This document shows, piece after piece, positions 13,161 to 26,785 of a stretch of DNA of 64,000 nucleotides (the first letter of the stretch is position 1; the number at the start of each line of letters is the position of its first letter). A program made the translations under genes and the position numbers. The notes below the pieces were generated by a model, which saw only the letters and a list, made by a program, of their open reading frames with translations, did not search any database and was not told the origin of the DNA. This DNA is from Haliotis rubra (taxonomy: Eukaryota): positions 62,001-126,000 of the forward strand of contig NW_025765395.1 in assembly GCF_003918875.1 (NCBI RefSeq), given 5' to 3'.

Positions 13161-16100
13161 ATGAATGCTATTCTCCTCCTCTGCCTGGTGAGTTCATGCC
13201 TGGTGACCGTCATCAACACCTCTCCACCCAACTCCACAACTACAGCTAGTGCGTGCGCACACAACGGCAAGTACTACAAGATTGGCGAGCATTTCAACCC
13301 AACACCATGCCAGAGATGTTTCTGTCCAAGTTCCGGTCGAGCTGTCTGTGTGTTCGAGGACTGTGCACTTGCTTTGTGTGTCGACGCTGTAAAACAACCA
13401 GACCAGTGCTGTTCGACTTGTCCAAATGGTTCGTATTAATAATTCAGTATATCAGTGATACTCGCAAATAGGAATGTATTTTGTTTTAAACAAACATACA
13501 AACAAACAAACAACATTATCACAGCAATTATAGACGCAACGATGTAAGCACGGATGTTAGCAATGATTTAAGTAACGATCTATGCGGAAATGTGAGCAAC
13601 TATTTCAACAGAGATGTAAGCAATGCTATGAGTACCGATGTAAGCAGAATTGTGAGCGACCATTTAAGCAGAGATGTACGATTCTGTGTAAAACATCATG
13701 TAAGCACCAATGTAACACGGATATACACATAGATGTAAGCAGATAAATGTAAGCGGGGATGTAAACAGATTAATGTAAGCAGAGATGGGAGTGACAGTGG
13801 AAATTATGTGTGAATCGACGTAAGCAGAGATGTGTTTAGATAAAAGTACAATATAGAACAAACTTTATGGATAACAACTTCATTTTATTCCCAGAAAAAT
13901 TGTTATCCATAAAAAGTTTGTTCTATATTGTACTAGTAACTTCTAAAATGCCACTCAAAGAAGTTAGATAAAAGTAAGCGGAGATGTTAATAGTGGCTCA
14001 GGAACAAGGTAGGCAATCATGTAAGCAGAAATGTAATCAATGGTGTAAGCATGTAACGTAAATCTTGTCCCCCCATATCATGAAACTGACCCCACCAGTA
14101 GATTATTTACCTCCCCTTATACATGAGAAAAAATCATTCTCCAACTCCTTGGGTCTGAATATATACTGAGTCAAAAAGGAAACTTCACATTCTTTCTTCA
14201 GGGTACTATAAAAGAACAAGAGATGGTAAGATGGTTAAATTGTTATTATTTCATTGCTGAGATCTGTGTGATGTACTCGATACACTGACAGTGCCATAAT
14301 CAGTTCCATTAGGCTTCACCGCCGTTCCAAAACATGGGTATATAGAATGTCAAGTCACAAGAATAAAAATGCGAAATTTCTCAGTTCAATATCGTGAATG
14401 GCCGCCCCGCGCATTCACCACTGCCAAACACCGTCTCCTCATCGACTGCCTGATGCTTGTGAACACGTGCTTGGGGATTCTGCGCCATTGCTCTTGCAAG
14501 GCAGCGCCAAGTTCCTGAAAATTCTGAGGTTGGTTCCTAAGACCACGAAGCCTTCTCCCCAGTGCATCCTAAACGTGCTCTATTGGATCAAGGTCAGGGG
14601 ACCTTGATGGCCAGTCCATGACGTTGATTCCAGCGTTTTGAAGGAAATTTCGTGTCAACATCGCGGTATGCGGCCGAGCATTATCATGCTGGAACTGTAG
14701 ACCTGGGCCATGAGCCGCCATGAAAGGAACGAGTTCAGGGGTGAGCACCTGGTCGCGGTAAGCAGCAGCTGTGAGGTTTCCACGGATGACCAGAAGTCGG
14801 GAACGGTTGTTCCCACAGAAAGCACCCCACACCATGCAACTGCCGCCCCCGAATCTGTCGACTTCCTGTACACAACATTGGGCATACTGTTCACGACGTC
14901 GTCTCCAGACTCTTTGCCCGCCGTCCGCGAATCTGAGGGTAAACCTGGATTCATCGCTAAAGACGACTCGATTCCAGTCTCTTTGGGTCCAACGGAGGTG
15001 ACGTTGGGCCCACAGCAGACGATGACGTTGATGAAACGGCGTCAATATTGGCCCACGATATGGACGTCGAGAATGGAGATTGGCTGCCCGCAACCGATTT
15101 CGAATGGTCTGTGAGGACAGTCGACCTCTAAACATCTCAGCCCTGGTTCGTGTAGCCGGCAGAAATCTGTCACGTAGGTGACGTAGGACGATTTGACCGT
15201 CTTCTGCTCGTGACGTCACACGTGAACGACCCGACCTTGGGCGATCAGAAGTGGTGCCAGTTTGTTGTAGACGACCTCGCAAGTCATACACAGTACGACG
15301 GCTGCATCCCATTGCTCTTGCGACGTCAATAACTGATCTTCCCGCTTGCAACATGCCAACGGCACGTTCACGTTGCACATTTGACAATCGTGGCATTTCA
15401 AAGTACCGTTAGAACTGTGGTTTAAAAGTGTTTTTTTCTATTCTTGAGGCCAATGCAAACACGTGCATATGAAGAAAGATAGGGATCCCATTTCGGATAC
15501 ATAGATGTATCATCAGAGAAACATTATTCATTATTTTTCAAATTACATTTTGTGAAGTTTCTTTTTTTTCAGTATATAGTTGAAAAGTTCATTGGGATGA
15601 AGTGCAGTGTAGTACCGTCTAAACTCTGTATAAATCTAGCACAAGTCTAACTATAGTACACCACTGCCCCCTACTCTTAAAATGTTATATACTTGGAACA
15701 TTGTTGCACAAAGAATAAGACTGCCACATAACAGTAATGATTCAGCAACGAGGTACACACTCAAATAAGTTGAGATGTGTTCAACAGTGTCAGCTCGTAA
15801 GGTGAATGTTGCCCATTTATTGATCGCATCAGCTCCTGTAGATGACTCTTGCCCTTCTATATCATGAATCTTGCCCTTTATAAGATTAATCTTGCCCCTC
15901 CGTGACATTTATCTGGCCCCTCCAGTGGGTGAATCTTTCCTCTCCATCGGTCGTATATAGTTAGGGATAGAAATATACGAAGTCACCCTGGCGCTACGGA
16001 ATATTGGTGAAAACATACGCGAGACCAAAACTTTCTATTTATCTTCCTCACAATACTGTTCAGTTAAACAGCTGTGATCAGATGTCGTGTTACTAGCGAG

Positions 16101-16297
16101 GTGGTTCGTTCACGAAGCTGCTTCACGTGCTCACCATGTTTTCTCTGCTAGGCTGGAACTGCAAGTACGGTGACGTCATCATCAAGATGGGCAACGTGTA
16201 TCACCCTGACAAGGCGACTGTGTGCCAGTGCAACGTAAGCCCCTCCGACTTCGGATCCGGAAGAATTGCCTTAGGGGCAAATTGCACCTCAGTGTGA
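13161..16297 (+). CDS. VWC2/Brorin-like secreted protein, copy 2; exons 13161..13428 and 16152..16297
   Basis: Signal peptide MNAILLLCLVSSCLVTVINT, then CAHNGKYYKIGEHFNPTPCQRCFC...CVDAVKQPDQCCSTCPNG. Donor G|GT at 13428/9; acceptor ctag|GC at 16151/2. Exon 2 reads GWNCKYGDVIIKMGNVYHPDKATVCQCNVSPSDFGSGRIALGANCTSV*. Confidence 0.9.
14164..15574 (-). mobile_element. Tc1-family (DD34E) DNA transposon in the copy 2 intron
   Basis: Imperfect about 27-bp TIRs (TACTGA...AAACTTCACA) and TA flanks. The empty site is visible in the copy 1 intron near 990. Confidence 0.92.
14386..15396 (-). pseudogene. Tc1 transposase, 336 codons with one nonsense codon (W to TAG at 14569..14571)
   Basis: Paired-like N-terminus (RPRSGRSR), FSDESRF, QHDNARPH, and SPDLDPIEH with 34 residues between D and E. 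The frame continues after the stop as DALGRRLR...AVVNARGGHSRY*. Confidence 0.92.
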
Positions 16298-16433
16298 ATA
16301 TATACACATTTGAAGAGTTCAATTAAAGTTTTCAGGAATGATTGATGAGTTTCAATATTTAATCAAAGGTCATGCTCTGGTAATCAGATAGTTCTGCCAG
16401 CCATACGCTGCTGGCGCTATTACTCTCCATATA

Positions 16434-16579
16434 GGGGCGGTGGGGTAGCCAAGTGGTTAAAGCGTTGGCTCGTCACGCCGAAGACCCGGGTTCGATTCCC
16501 CACATGGGCACAATGGGTGAAGCCCGCCGTGCTGGAATATTGCTAAAAGCGGTGTAAAACTAAACTCACTCACTCACTC
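16434..16579 (+). mobile_element. tRNA-derived SINE, family A
   Basis: GGGGCGGTGGGGTAGCCAAGTGGTTAAAGCG...GGGTTCGATTCCC...CACT tail. Confidence 0.85.
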
Positions 16580-16802
16580 TTTATATAAGCAAGCAACATA
16601 TACTCTTACAATGTTTCTAAGTGCGGGGTAATACAGTATTTGCATTCGAGTTAACCTCTTCAACAAGGGACACTCCAAAAAATTTAAAACATCGTCCGAC
16701 AAACTTTTTACCCACACACCCACTTACTCACTCACTTACTCATTCACTCCATTGCATAAATATACGGATCTTTGCTTGACTACGGATGCAGGGACGCCCG
16801 GG

Positions 16803-17200
16803 ATATAGTAATTAATGATACAAATTCTATACCCGAATTATATGTTGGCATATGGCGCAGAAATAACAAGTGTTCGACTTTTGTCATACAAACGCATATA
16901 TGATATAGTAATTAATGATACAAAATTTACACCCGAATTATATGTTGGCATATGACGCAGAAATAACAAGTGTTAACCTTTTGTCATACAAACGCATATA
17001 TGATATAGTAATTAATGATACAACATTTACACCCGAATTATATGTTGGCATATGACACAGAAATAACAAGTGTTAGACTTTTGTCATACAAACGCATATA
17101 TGATATAGAAATTAATGATACAAAATTTATACCCGAATTATATGTTGGCATATGACGTAGAAATAACAAGTGTTCGAATTTTGTCATACAAACGCATGTA
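16803..17200. repeat. Four tandem copies of a 100-bp unit
   Basis: Units start at 16803, 16903, 17003 and 17103. The paralogous region at 2295-3140 has a single copy. Confidence 0.95.
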
Positions 17201-17372
17201 TGTTTCCCGAATTAATTATTCACTTTTATCTTACAACTAAACACCGCTCCTGCGCTTTATGCTCCTAATCCACACACTATGTATCCTCTTCCTCCATCAC
17301 ACCGTTTGTCGCTTCTATTTACACATTTCTTCCCAAGTAACATACAGTGGTCTGTATTGTAATGAAGCAGTG

Positions 17373-17732
17373 GACCGCCTCCGTGGTGTAGTGGTTAGAG
17401 CGTCCGCCCGGAGAGCGGAAGATCGCGGGTTCGATCCCCGACCGCGTCATACCAAAAGACGTTAAAATATGGTACTTGTTGGTCCCTGCCTGGCGCTCGG
17501 CATTAATGGGTACAACAAGGACTGGTCGGCTCGGAGTCAGTATACTGTGTCTGAATGGGGTATTCATGCTTCACTGCGGCATGGTATCTCAGTGGGCTAG
17601 CACTAGAAAACCAGCTTCAGTCTGGGCTAGTACAAGCAGCCGCACATATACATACACACGCATGCACACGTCGTCATATGAGCGAAATATTCTCAAGCAC
17701 GACGATAAACCCAATTTCACCTCACCTCACCT
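17373..17732 (+). mobile_element. tRNA-derived SINE, family B (Meta-domain-like core)
   Basis: tRNA head, core CATACCAAAAGACGTTAAAATATGGTAC...CCTGCCTGGCGCTCGGCATTAA, (CACCT)n tail, TSD ATGAAGCAGTG. Confidence 0.85.
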
Positions 17733-20518
17733 ATGAAGCAGTGGTTCACACTGCGTTATACATTGTATTTGTCGATTCAGTCAGGGACAGTGGTGTGTTA
17801 TATTTAGACTTGTATGTTGTATAGTTCAAGGTCCTGATGCACAAAGCGTTCGAAACATTGCGACCGGTTGTAACTCTATACTTTACTATAGGCTTACGAA
17901 TAGCGTTGCTACGGACGCTTTGTGAATCGGGACCCAGGAGACCAAAGGTCATAGAGAAACTGAGATTCGAACGCATTACAGCGGATCCTGATAGCTAAAC
18001 GATACAGAACTAGTCCTTGAAAGAATGATCTTACCGTTATGACATGGTTATGAGAGCATCCATGCTCATCTCCACGATAGCTATAAGTGTGGGTGTAACA
18101 CAAAACTGTATGTCTAAAAGAGTGGCCAAGTCACTTTGAAACAACGACCCTAAACTAAGTATGGTGACAGGAACATCTGAACACCTGGTGTCATTACTAT
18201 TTGATTTGTTAGCTTTAGTTAGCAATATTTTTACACATTATTAAATGTTGCAAAAACGCAACTTAATAAAGTCTTCAACATCACGAAGACTGGTGACGGC
18301 AAACACGACAACGTGTCTGAAACATGCATTTGCTTCAAGATAAAACCACCACAGACAAATCTAACATTATCACTGGACCACAATTGGACGTTCTATGCGT
18401 CACCAAAACGTTATGTTCCGCACATTACCGTATCTGGATATTTTCTACATCACCATCATAGGATGTTCTGTACATCGTCTCAGTGTAGTGTATTCTCTGC
18501 ATCAATATAACCACCACCAAAACAGAAACAGTCTAGCAACAACAAGCTTCCCTTATTGTCTGGCTGAACTGAAACTTATTCACCCAATGCAAGCTGCAAA
18601 CTGCAGCAAAAGAGGTACACAAACAATATTTACATTCACACAACATAAAAGTTATATACAAACGGCATGATAGAAGCAATGTACATCGACCAAGTTACAT
18701 ATTAAATTAAGGTATTGAGGTGATTTCTTAAATAAAGCCATAATCATTTTACAAAAAAACTGAAAGTTTTCTCGAAACGTTTTCTCAGGAAAGTCCCACT
18801 GATGAGACAATTGAACAGCTGATCGACCTACATGCATTGATAAAGCGGTTAACCGCAGAAACAGTCCAGCTGGAGTAAGCTCCCCTTGTTGCCAGTGTAA
18901 ACGCACAGGTTGTGCAATAAAACTGCTGCATTGACAGTCGTGATTGAGCAATCATCACGTGGGTAACTGCTGACGGTGGTGTTCCTCTCAGGTATATAAG
19001 ATGGTAGACATTTCACCATCGTCAGTATTGCTATCCCAAACCGAGAGAGATTGTTGTCAGGGTTCCTCCTGGTAGCCATCTTGTCGGGGTGATACTCAAG
19101 CACCATGTCGCCTACTTCGAAAATGATCAGCTACAGAAAGCAACGCTTACTTCGCCATTAGAATGCTTCCATGCATTCTAACCAGCACCCCGTGACCTCG
19201 TCACAAACCCCGGTCTGAGGCGTGACACTCCCACAGCGACCGCGCAGTCACCCCCGGGTGCTAGGCGGTGGGGGTGGAGCGCCGAGGGCGCCTTCTGTCA
19301 CAGGACTTGTGGGTAGAGTATTACACATTCTCACCCCATACTTGTCACTGACGGGGCCGTGTTTTCAACAAAATGCGGTATTTTCTTACGCGGCACAGCT
19401 GGGAAACATATGTACAAGTAAGTATTTTCATGATAATAACGGTTGTCGTTGTAGTATGTGTATCATATCCATGGTATATCTTATCCATACATTATCATAC
19501 ATATTTCATAATCATGTTCATATTCAAATGTATTTCATATGAATTGAGTATATTTATAGAAATAAGGTAGTTGTCGTCTGTGTGCCGTATTCACCTTAAT
19601 CCATCTTAATATTCATACATATATCATATATATTTCATAACCATAATGAATATCGTGTTTATATTAAAACGTATTTCATATGAAAATTGTTCTTTTTTTC
19701 ACATTCATGCAATATCTATTCCATAGTCACATTAAATTTGAAGTTCCCGTTCTAGTATATTAACTGTGCCATTTGTGGCTTCCTGTGGATACTACACTAC
19801 CGGGCAAAAGAAAGTGCACACCATGTTTGAGTGAATGAGTGAGTGAGTTAATATATAGCGTCACATCGACAATTTTTCAGCCATATCGTGACGATCATTG
19901 TTGATGGCGGCTAGAAATGATATAGGTATCATATTGGTATCATTGCTGTTTTGTTCTTGATGTATTGGATCATTTTCAGCGTTCCAGTGAATGAAACGTT
20001 ATATTTTCGAAAAAATGTCTAAAATGTGTACTATATTTTGCACAGCAGTGAATATTCATAATCATGGACATGGCTCAGTTTCATTCATTCACACGAAACC
20101 GGTTAAATGTCACTCAGTCACTCAGAAAAATAAAATGGCCTATGCGTCATCGTGATTGGCTAATTAACGCCTACATGTGTAGATGATTTATATGGAGAAG
20201 CATGTACAATGTGAATGAACCCCTAACATTTATGTACAAAATACGGGACCCCCTGCATGTCATGTACAAAATCAATTCACACCACCCCACCCCTCCCTTC
20301 CTATAATTTCTAAGCATAATTTTAAACACAAAATGGGTGAACACCGCCCCCACCGTCAGACCCGCTGACTTGCTGGACACATGTCATCGTATCCCAATTG
20401 CGTGGATCGATGCTGATGCCGTTCATCACTGGAGTTTCTGATCCGGACTCGATTATGTACAGACCGCCGCCATATAGCAGCGTCGTGCGGCGTTAAACAA
20501 CAACTTAACCAAGCAATC

Positions 20519-20687
20519 NNNNNNNNNNNNNNNNNNNNNNNNNNNNNNNNNNNNNNNNNNNNNNNNNNNNNNNNNNNNNNNNNNNNNNNNNNNNNNNNNN
20601 NNNNNNNNNNNNNNNNNNNNNNNNNNNNNNNNNNNNNNNNNNNNNNNNNNNNNNNNNNNNNNNNNNNNNNNNNNNNNNNNNNNNNNN
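20519..20687. other. Assembly gap (N run)
   Basis: Run of n. Confidence 1.
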
Positions 20688-20869
20688 GGAAATGAAAATG
20701 AAGACATCATTCCACCAGACCACCAGGAACTATATGACACATCAAGGGATGGCTTATTAAGGTTCACGGAAAGTTTTAATTTTCTACATCTATTAGAAAT
20801 AGATATATTGTATGTTTTATTATCCGTTTATTGCCAGCCATATTTAACCAATAACGTTAAATGCATCAC

Positions 20870-21500
20870 CTGAACAAATCTATATGTTGTAGATTATAGG
20901 GCCATAAATTCTCTAGATACCAAATGTAGGCATTATAGGGTAATTACCTCCGAACTAAACCTAGGCATTATAGGCTCTTAAACTCTGCACTAAATCAAGC
21001 CATGATAGGGTCATAATCTCTTAACAAAATCAAGGCATGTTCAGATCATAACATGTGAACTAAATCAAGGCATTATAAGACAAAGGCTAAATCAAGGCAT
21101 TATAAGATCATAACATCTGAACTAAATCAAGGCATTATAAGATCATTAAAACTGAACTAAATCAAGGCATTATAAGATCATAACATCTGAACTAAATCTA
21201 GGCATTATAAGATCATAACATCTGAACTAAACCAAGGCATATGCATTATAAGATCAAAGCATCTGAACTAAATCAAGGCATTATAAGATCAAAGCATCTG
21301 AACTAAATCAAGGCATTATAAGATTATAACCCTTGAGCTAAATCTAGGCATTTTAGGATCATAACCTCAGAACTAAATCTAGGCATTATAATATCATAAC
21401 CTCTGAACTAATTCTAGGCATTATAGGGTCATAACTCCTGGACTAAATCTAGGAATTACAGGAATTTAATCTCCGTATCAAATCAAGGCATTAACGGGAT
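20870..21500. repeat. About 35-bp minisatellite directly downstream of the GH128 stop codon
   Basis: Tandem CTAAATCAAGGCATTATAAGATCATAACATCTGAA units. Confidence 0.9.
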
Positions 21501-21507
21501 ATCATCT

Positions 21508-24030
21508 CTATACAGCAGGCAGAGAGTTGTACACATGTCCAAGATACGTCAGCTCGGATACGTTTGGTTTAAGCAGGTTGACTGCAGATGTGAGATAGTC
21601 AGTGTCCGGCTGCCGTGTGATGTACCACGCATACCGGTATATAAAGGGTGCCGCTTCGAGTCGAGGTACGATCTGTTTCATATAGTCCAGTTCTTTTTGT
21701 ACAGACATTGTCTTGGGACATGAGAATTCCGTCAGCCATATTTGTTTACCGTACCGGTTGTACAGAGACTCCAGATAGCGCATGTCATTATCCGGGTCAC
21801 AGTTGTATGTGTGCGCAGCCAAGAAGTCAACCCGGCAGCCACTGCAAGCCTGGAAAAACTCGTCCAGCCAATCAGTGGGCTCCTTGAAGCAGAGATGCCA
21901 GCCATTACAACGAGCAGGGGCGGGGCTTACGAGCAGCTTGCCTTGTGCGAGTCTTTCGATTTCTGGCCAATGAGAAGCAGCAGTTTGAGGAGTAATATTT
22001 GATTGGTCGCGTTCATTTGGTTCGTTATAACCAAGGATGTAGTGAGACGATTGGGAAACATGCTGTGTGTAGTTTATCTGGAAACTCCAAACCATAGGAA
22101 CAAACTCTCCCCTCGGGCTGCAGCCGTCGTGGATGAAGTCGATGTAGTTTGTCCGCCAGTTGTACCTGAAATACAACGGAATGAAGTAAATGTGAAGCGT
22201 ACTGACAATATATAAGCTCCCCAAGGAGTTGAGATTGACAATGCGATGTGCCGTTGAGATTGACATCCAGTGAACGAGGGAAAAACAAAGCGCCTTTGAG
22301 CAGCTGAGCTGAGCTGGATATCGGNNNNNNNNNNNNNNNNNNNNNNNNNNNNNNNNNNNNNNNNNNNNNNNNNNNNNNNNNNNNNNNNNNNNNNNNNNNN
22401 NNNNNNNNNNNNNNNNNNNNNNNNNNNNNNNNNNNNNNNNNNNNNNNNNNNNNNNNNNNNNNNNNNNNNNNNNNNNNNNNNNNNNAAGCGTAGTAGAGGT
22501 ACAGCTCGTTCAGCTTGACCTGAGCTACTCTACATATGCATGTCCCGGGATGCACAAACGGCAGGTCGAGTTAACTTTATTAAATAGGGGAGCAACGAAT
22601 GTTATTAATGTTGCGTTCGTGCAAAACATGCATACATAGATTCGTAACAGAACCTGTCCCGGAAAACAACACTTCTGAAAAACAAACAATCATTTCATGT
22701 TTTAATTGAGTTGTTTATACAGTCATATGCTATCTAGTTTGGTTTACTAACTTTACAACGTACAGACGTCAGTTACTTTCACAATCCGATTCACTCTCGC
22801 TGTCACTCTCTACACCCAGTTCAGTTATCACTTTTTCTATTTCATGTTCAACTGCAATATGTTTGTAGCTTCATTTTTAAAGAAAGTTAGGATATTGCTG
22901 ACGATTCTCGACACTGAGATGTGAAACGGCGACCTTGTCTCGGCTGTTCGGACATGTTGACAATCAACTGACAAATGTGCACCCTTCACAATAATAGACC
23001 CAACCAACTGTGACACGGTCATGCAATTCATTAGTATTAACTTCATCAGGTCAAGCTGAACAAGCTTGTAAGAGAATGAGTGAAATTTTAACTTGCACAA
23101 ACGGAATTCGCACTGGTGGAGTAGTTTAGTGGTCAATCCGTTCGCTTTTAACGAATATGAGCTGCGTAGAACTCCCTAAGTGCACGGCCAGAAGCCTATA
23201 AATGATGTCACCACCAACACTTCATGGATATTTGGAATAATGCATGGTTTTATTATATAACGTCAACGAAAGGGAAAAACTCGGAATATCCGCCAAAGAG
23301 TTTCCATTGAGCCCAAAAAGAAAATTAGCGGTATTAGTAATAAAGCAATCTTAGAGATATGACAATTGTAACTCCCATTCTTTATCACAGACTTCCGAAT
23401 AACCGCGAAGTGTTTGTAAAAGGAGCCCTAGAACTCAGTGACTCAGAAATAATCACGCCAAAGTGGTGACTAGACCATCTCATGAGTAGAAACTCCCAGT
23501 CAGTCGAATATTACGTGGTAGGAAAACTTAAACGGAATCAATTATTAAACCACAGAAATATGGATGTGCATTTTCGTCGACGGATTCAACATTTGATGAT
23601 TATTGACTATAAGTATGATGATTATAATTGTTTGACTTGTCCTCGGTGCTATTGCCGCTGCGTTGCGCGGAGCAACACCTATAAGAGAATCGGAAATTAT
23701 AAGTTGTACATAAAAACATATATTTTTGTTCTGGATGAATGAATTATCAAGGTATTTATCAGACGATATAACGTCAAACTGAAAAAATTGAATGTGTGTA
23801 AATTCCTGCGTACAACGCCACAAGGCTTAAGCCTTTCAACAAATTAGGATCATGATTGCGGATCTACATAAAACGCTGTTATCTTACCACCATGATGACT
23901 CTGTTAATGTGTATGAGTCGTTACAGAGGAGGACGTGGTTGTTGACGCCGTATCCTCTCTTCGTTGATGCTGCTGACGGAGAAAACAGAAGGAATAACAC
24001 AACAATAAAGATCTCCATGCTCAGACTCAT
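21508..24030 (-). CDS. Secreted glycoside hydrolase family 128 (Glyco_hydro_cc / Asl1-like) putative beta-1,3-glucanase, 266 aa; exons 24030..23888 and 22165..21508
   Basis: Exon 1 reads MSLSMEIFIVVLFLLFSPSAASTKRGYGVNNHVLLCNDSYTLTESSW with donor TG|GTAAGA. The acceptor tttcag|G restores WWYNW. Motifs EFVPMVW, ILGYNEP (acid/base Glu), VDFLAAHTY, IWLTEF (nucleophile Glu) and YRYAW are typical of GH128. The start could be the second ATG at 24018. Confidence 0.9.
22325..22485. other. Assembly gap (N run) inside the GH128 intron
   Basis: Run of n. Confidence 1.
22500..23070. mobile_element. MITE-like element; second copy at 39858..40374
   Basis: TIR-like ends ACAGCTCGTTCAGCTTGACCTGA and TCAGGTCAAGCTGAACAAGCT. 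A similar copy lies 17 kb away. Confidence 0.7.
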
Positions 24031-26785
24031 GCCAAACAACCCGGCCACCAGCAGGGTCAGCAGGTCAGATAAGGCAAGTGTGGGGAGCTGATTTGCTCAC
24101 CACAAGGTCAAACCCAGGAACGCGAGTACACTGGCAGATTAAAGTGTTCTTTGGGAAACGAAAGGTCGGCACCAAAGCACCATCAAAATATTATGACCAT
24201 GGAGGGACCCAAATCCTCAAGCAAATTGTGGCGCTTTAAATATCTTTCCTCCAGTGTGACAACTGTACAGGGATGTGTTATACTATGTTGTACGCTTTGA
24301 GTTACATGAAAATCTCAGATGAGTCTCCTCACCAAACTGAAAAGCACATGAATGTGATACCCTTAGGTCAGTTTGAGGTTTACAAATTCAACATATCGAG
24401 CCTCCAGTGTGACAACAGTACCCGTGATATTTATACAAAATTACTAAAACGGCGTACAACCATACCTCTCACTCACTTTGGATATCTTGGGGCACCTGGA
24501 AAATGTCACATTAAAGAACTTTGGAAAACCGAAATATTCCACGAAACCTATCAAATCTAAATTTACAGCTAACTGTTTTTCATTCGTACAATTGCATCTT
24601 TATATATCTCTGATATATGTTATATTCTCCATTTTCTGTTTTTGCTAGATTTGTATAGATCGTGTATACGAATAAATAGATGTACCCAACACCTTTCAAT
24701 AAAGATTAAAAAATATGTGCTAAAAACAATCAATATCAATATCACTGAGACATTGTTTGAGTATCTACCTATGGTAATATGTTGTTACTAGAAACTATTA
24801 CAAGAGGATTGATCCAATGCTTATTTTGAGAGGCGATTAAAGGTATCGGGTGGTACATATTAATGTTAAATTTAATAAATATTGTAAAACGTGACTCTCC
24901 AATCACATTGTCATTAATGTTACTTGGAAGTCCTGATATGACTATTCAACAAAATGAATACGTTTTCAAGTGTGTGCAAATTTTTATTCATCAATCAAAA
25001 CGTTTTGAGTGATCACATAAGTCGTGTCCCTTCCTCTCTTCTCCCTTTAACTTTCTTATCCCTTCTCTCTATTCTCTCCTAAGATGTATATAATTGAAAT
25101 TGTATGTATGTAAATATTAGGGAGCGGGTCCCTTTCACATTTGTGAATAAAATAATTAAATCAATCGATCGGGTGGTCAGGCCCACTGATATGGTTGACA
25201 TGTGTCATTATATTCCAATCGTCAAATTCTACCACATATTCAGATCATGAAAAAGAGGTTGTTCTGTATCTGAATAAGCTCATGAACTTCACTGCCTTGT
25301 GCTATGTATACGCTTACTCTTAGACAAACATCTTAATATGGGTGGGTGCAAAATTGAATATACACAGGCGTGGAAACGGGGCCACTGGCCTTTAGATACC
25401 CGATGCAGAGTGATATGGAAACATCTGTAAGGCCATAATGATTTTATGTTTCTCATCTCCAACCTAAGCATGAGAATCAGTTCGCGGAATATAATGAAAA
25501 ACAAAATGAAGATTTAAAGAACAGTTTTTCACTAATTGTGACACTTTATACACGTGACAGATCTTTAAATGCACTAACGACGTAAATCGAGTCTCTACTG
25601 CACGGTTTCATAAAATACACCAGTCTACAATATGTGTGCGATACGAATAATTCTTCCTGAAATCGAAAAACAAGTCGGTTGACCGGTTGACAGCAAATCC
25701 CTGTGTGATGTTTATCATGAACACAATTGGTCGCTAGTTTCGTGTTTTTCACATTGTCACACATCTCTTGGTTGTAGGCACTGCTTCTTTCTGTTTAGTA
25801 GAGTGAGAATAGTTAAGAATGTATATCCACAGATGAACAAGATGCACGCCTGCTGAAAATGAACATCTACTACTGCTTCCAGAATAGATTTCTTTTGAAT
25901 ATGGAAAGGGCTATGTTGCTTTTCTTCAAGCTGTGTGCAGAAACTGTTTCAATTTTGAACAATGGTTCCTGTTTGCATGTATTCAAGTTGGCATTCTGAC
26001 CCGATTCCTGTAGTAGTCACTTTGGTACGTTAGTTGTCCAATCAGTATACTTTAGTTACTCGTTCCCTGCTTGCTTCAAAGGATCACCACAGTGTATATC
26101 CCTGATTACATTCCTTCTTTCCACGATAATGTAAACTTGACGTGACATTTCGATATCTAGCAACATCTTTCACGAGCTTGTTGTTTCTGTGTCACTTGCC
26201 AACACATGATTCGGGTGCAAGTTTTGTAATGTTAATTTGATTGGTGCGTTAAAAACGAGTGTGCCTCTTTGTCCAAGCATCCAAAGTGAGTGACCGAGTG
26301 ATGGGTGTAACTACGAAAGAGGTTTGACGAACGTGTTCTAAAAACAGAAACCTTGCATCCTTTTCTTGAGTATGGACATGGAGAGTAATGCAGAAGTGTA
26401 TGCCTACCAGGCCTTCACTTTTGAGAGATCACCACGGTTTGGCATGCCAAAGCTCTACCTTTGGCCTGACAGATCCCCACTGTAAGGCATACCAGAACAT
26501 GTGTATGGTCTCCTAGTGGTTCGCTCGTCACGCCAATCACTTGATATAAATTTTATTTTTTTAAACGCAGCACTCAGCGATATTCCAGTTATACATGACG
26601 GGTGTCATAACAAACTGGATCCAACCTGATATTATTGACAGCAGGAGCAACAAGTCATAAAACAGCGAAGTCAGCCACCCGACCACAAGATCACTCATGG
26701 TCGGTTACATAAATAGTGACTCAAAATAAATAACTCATCAATAACTCATACACACCTTAAAAGATCGCTACGAATGTATTTTTAT

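Noticed and set aside
16434-16510. tRNA genes at SINE heads (also 17373, 43724, 47900, 54308)
   Set aside because: They have A/B boxes but continue into shared SINE bodies and microsatellite tails, some with TSDs, so they are not stand-alone tRNAs.
17476-17736. Recurrent ORF MLVPAWRSALMGTTRTGRLGVS (4 copies) as a gene family
   Set aside because: It lies entirely within SINE family B copies.
18849-19106. ORF containing YHPDK as a DnaJ J-domain
   Set aside because: No J-domain helices around the motif. The same nucleotide segment recurs at about 32040..32145, indicating a dispersed repeat fragment.
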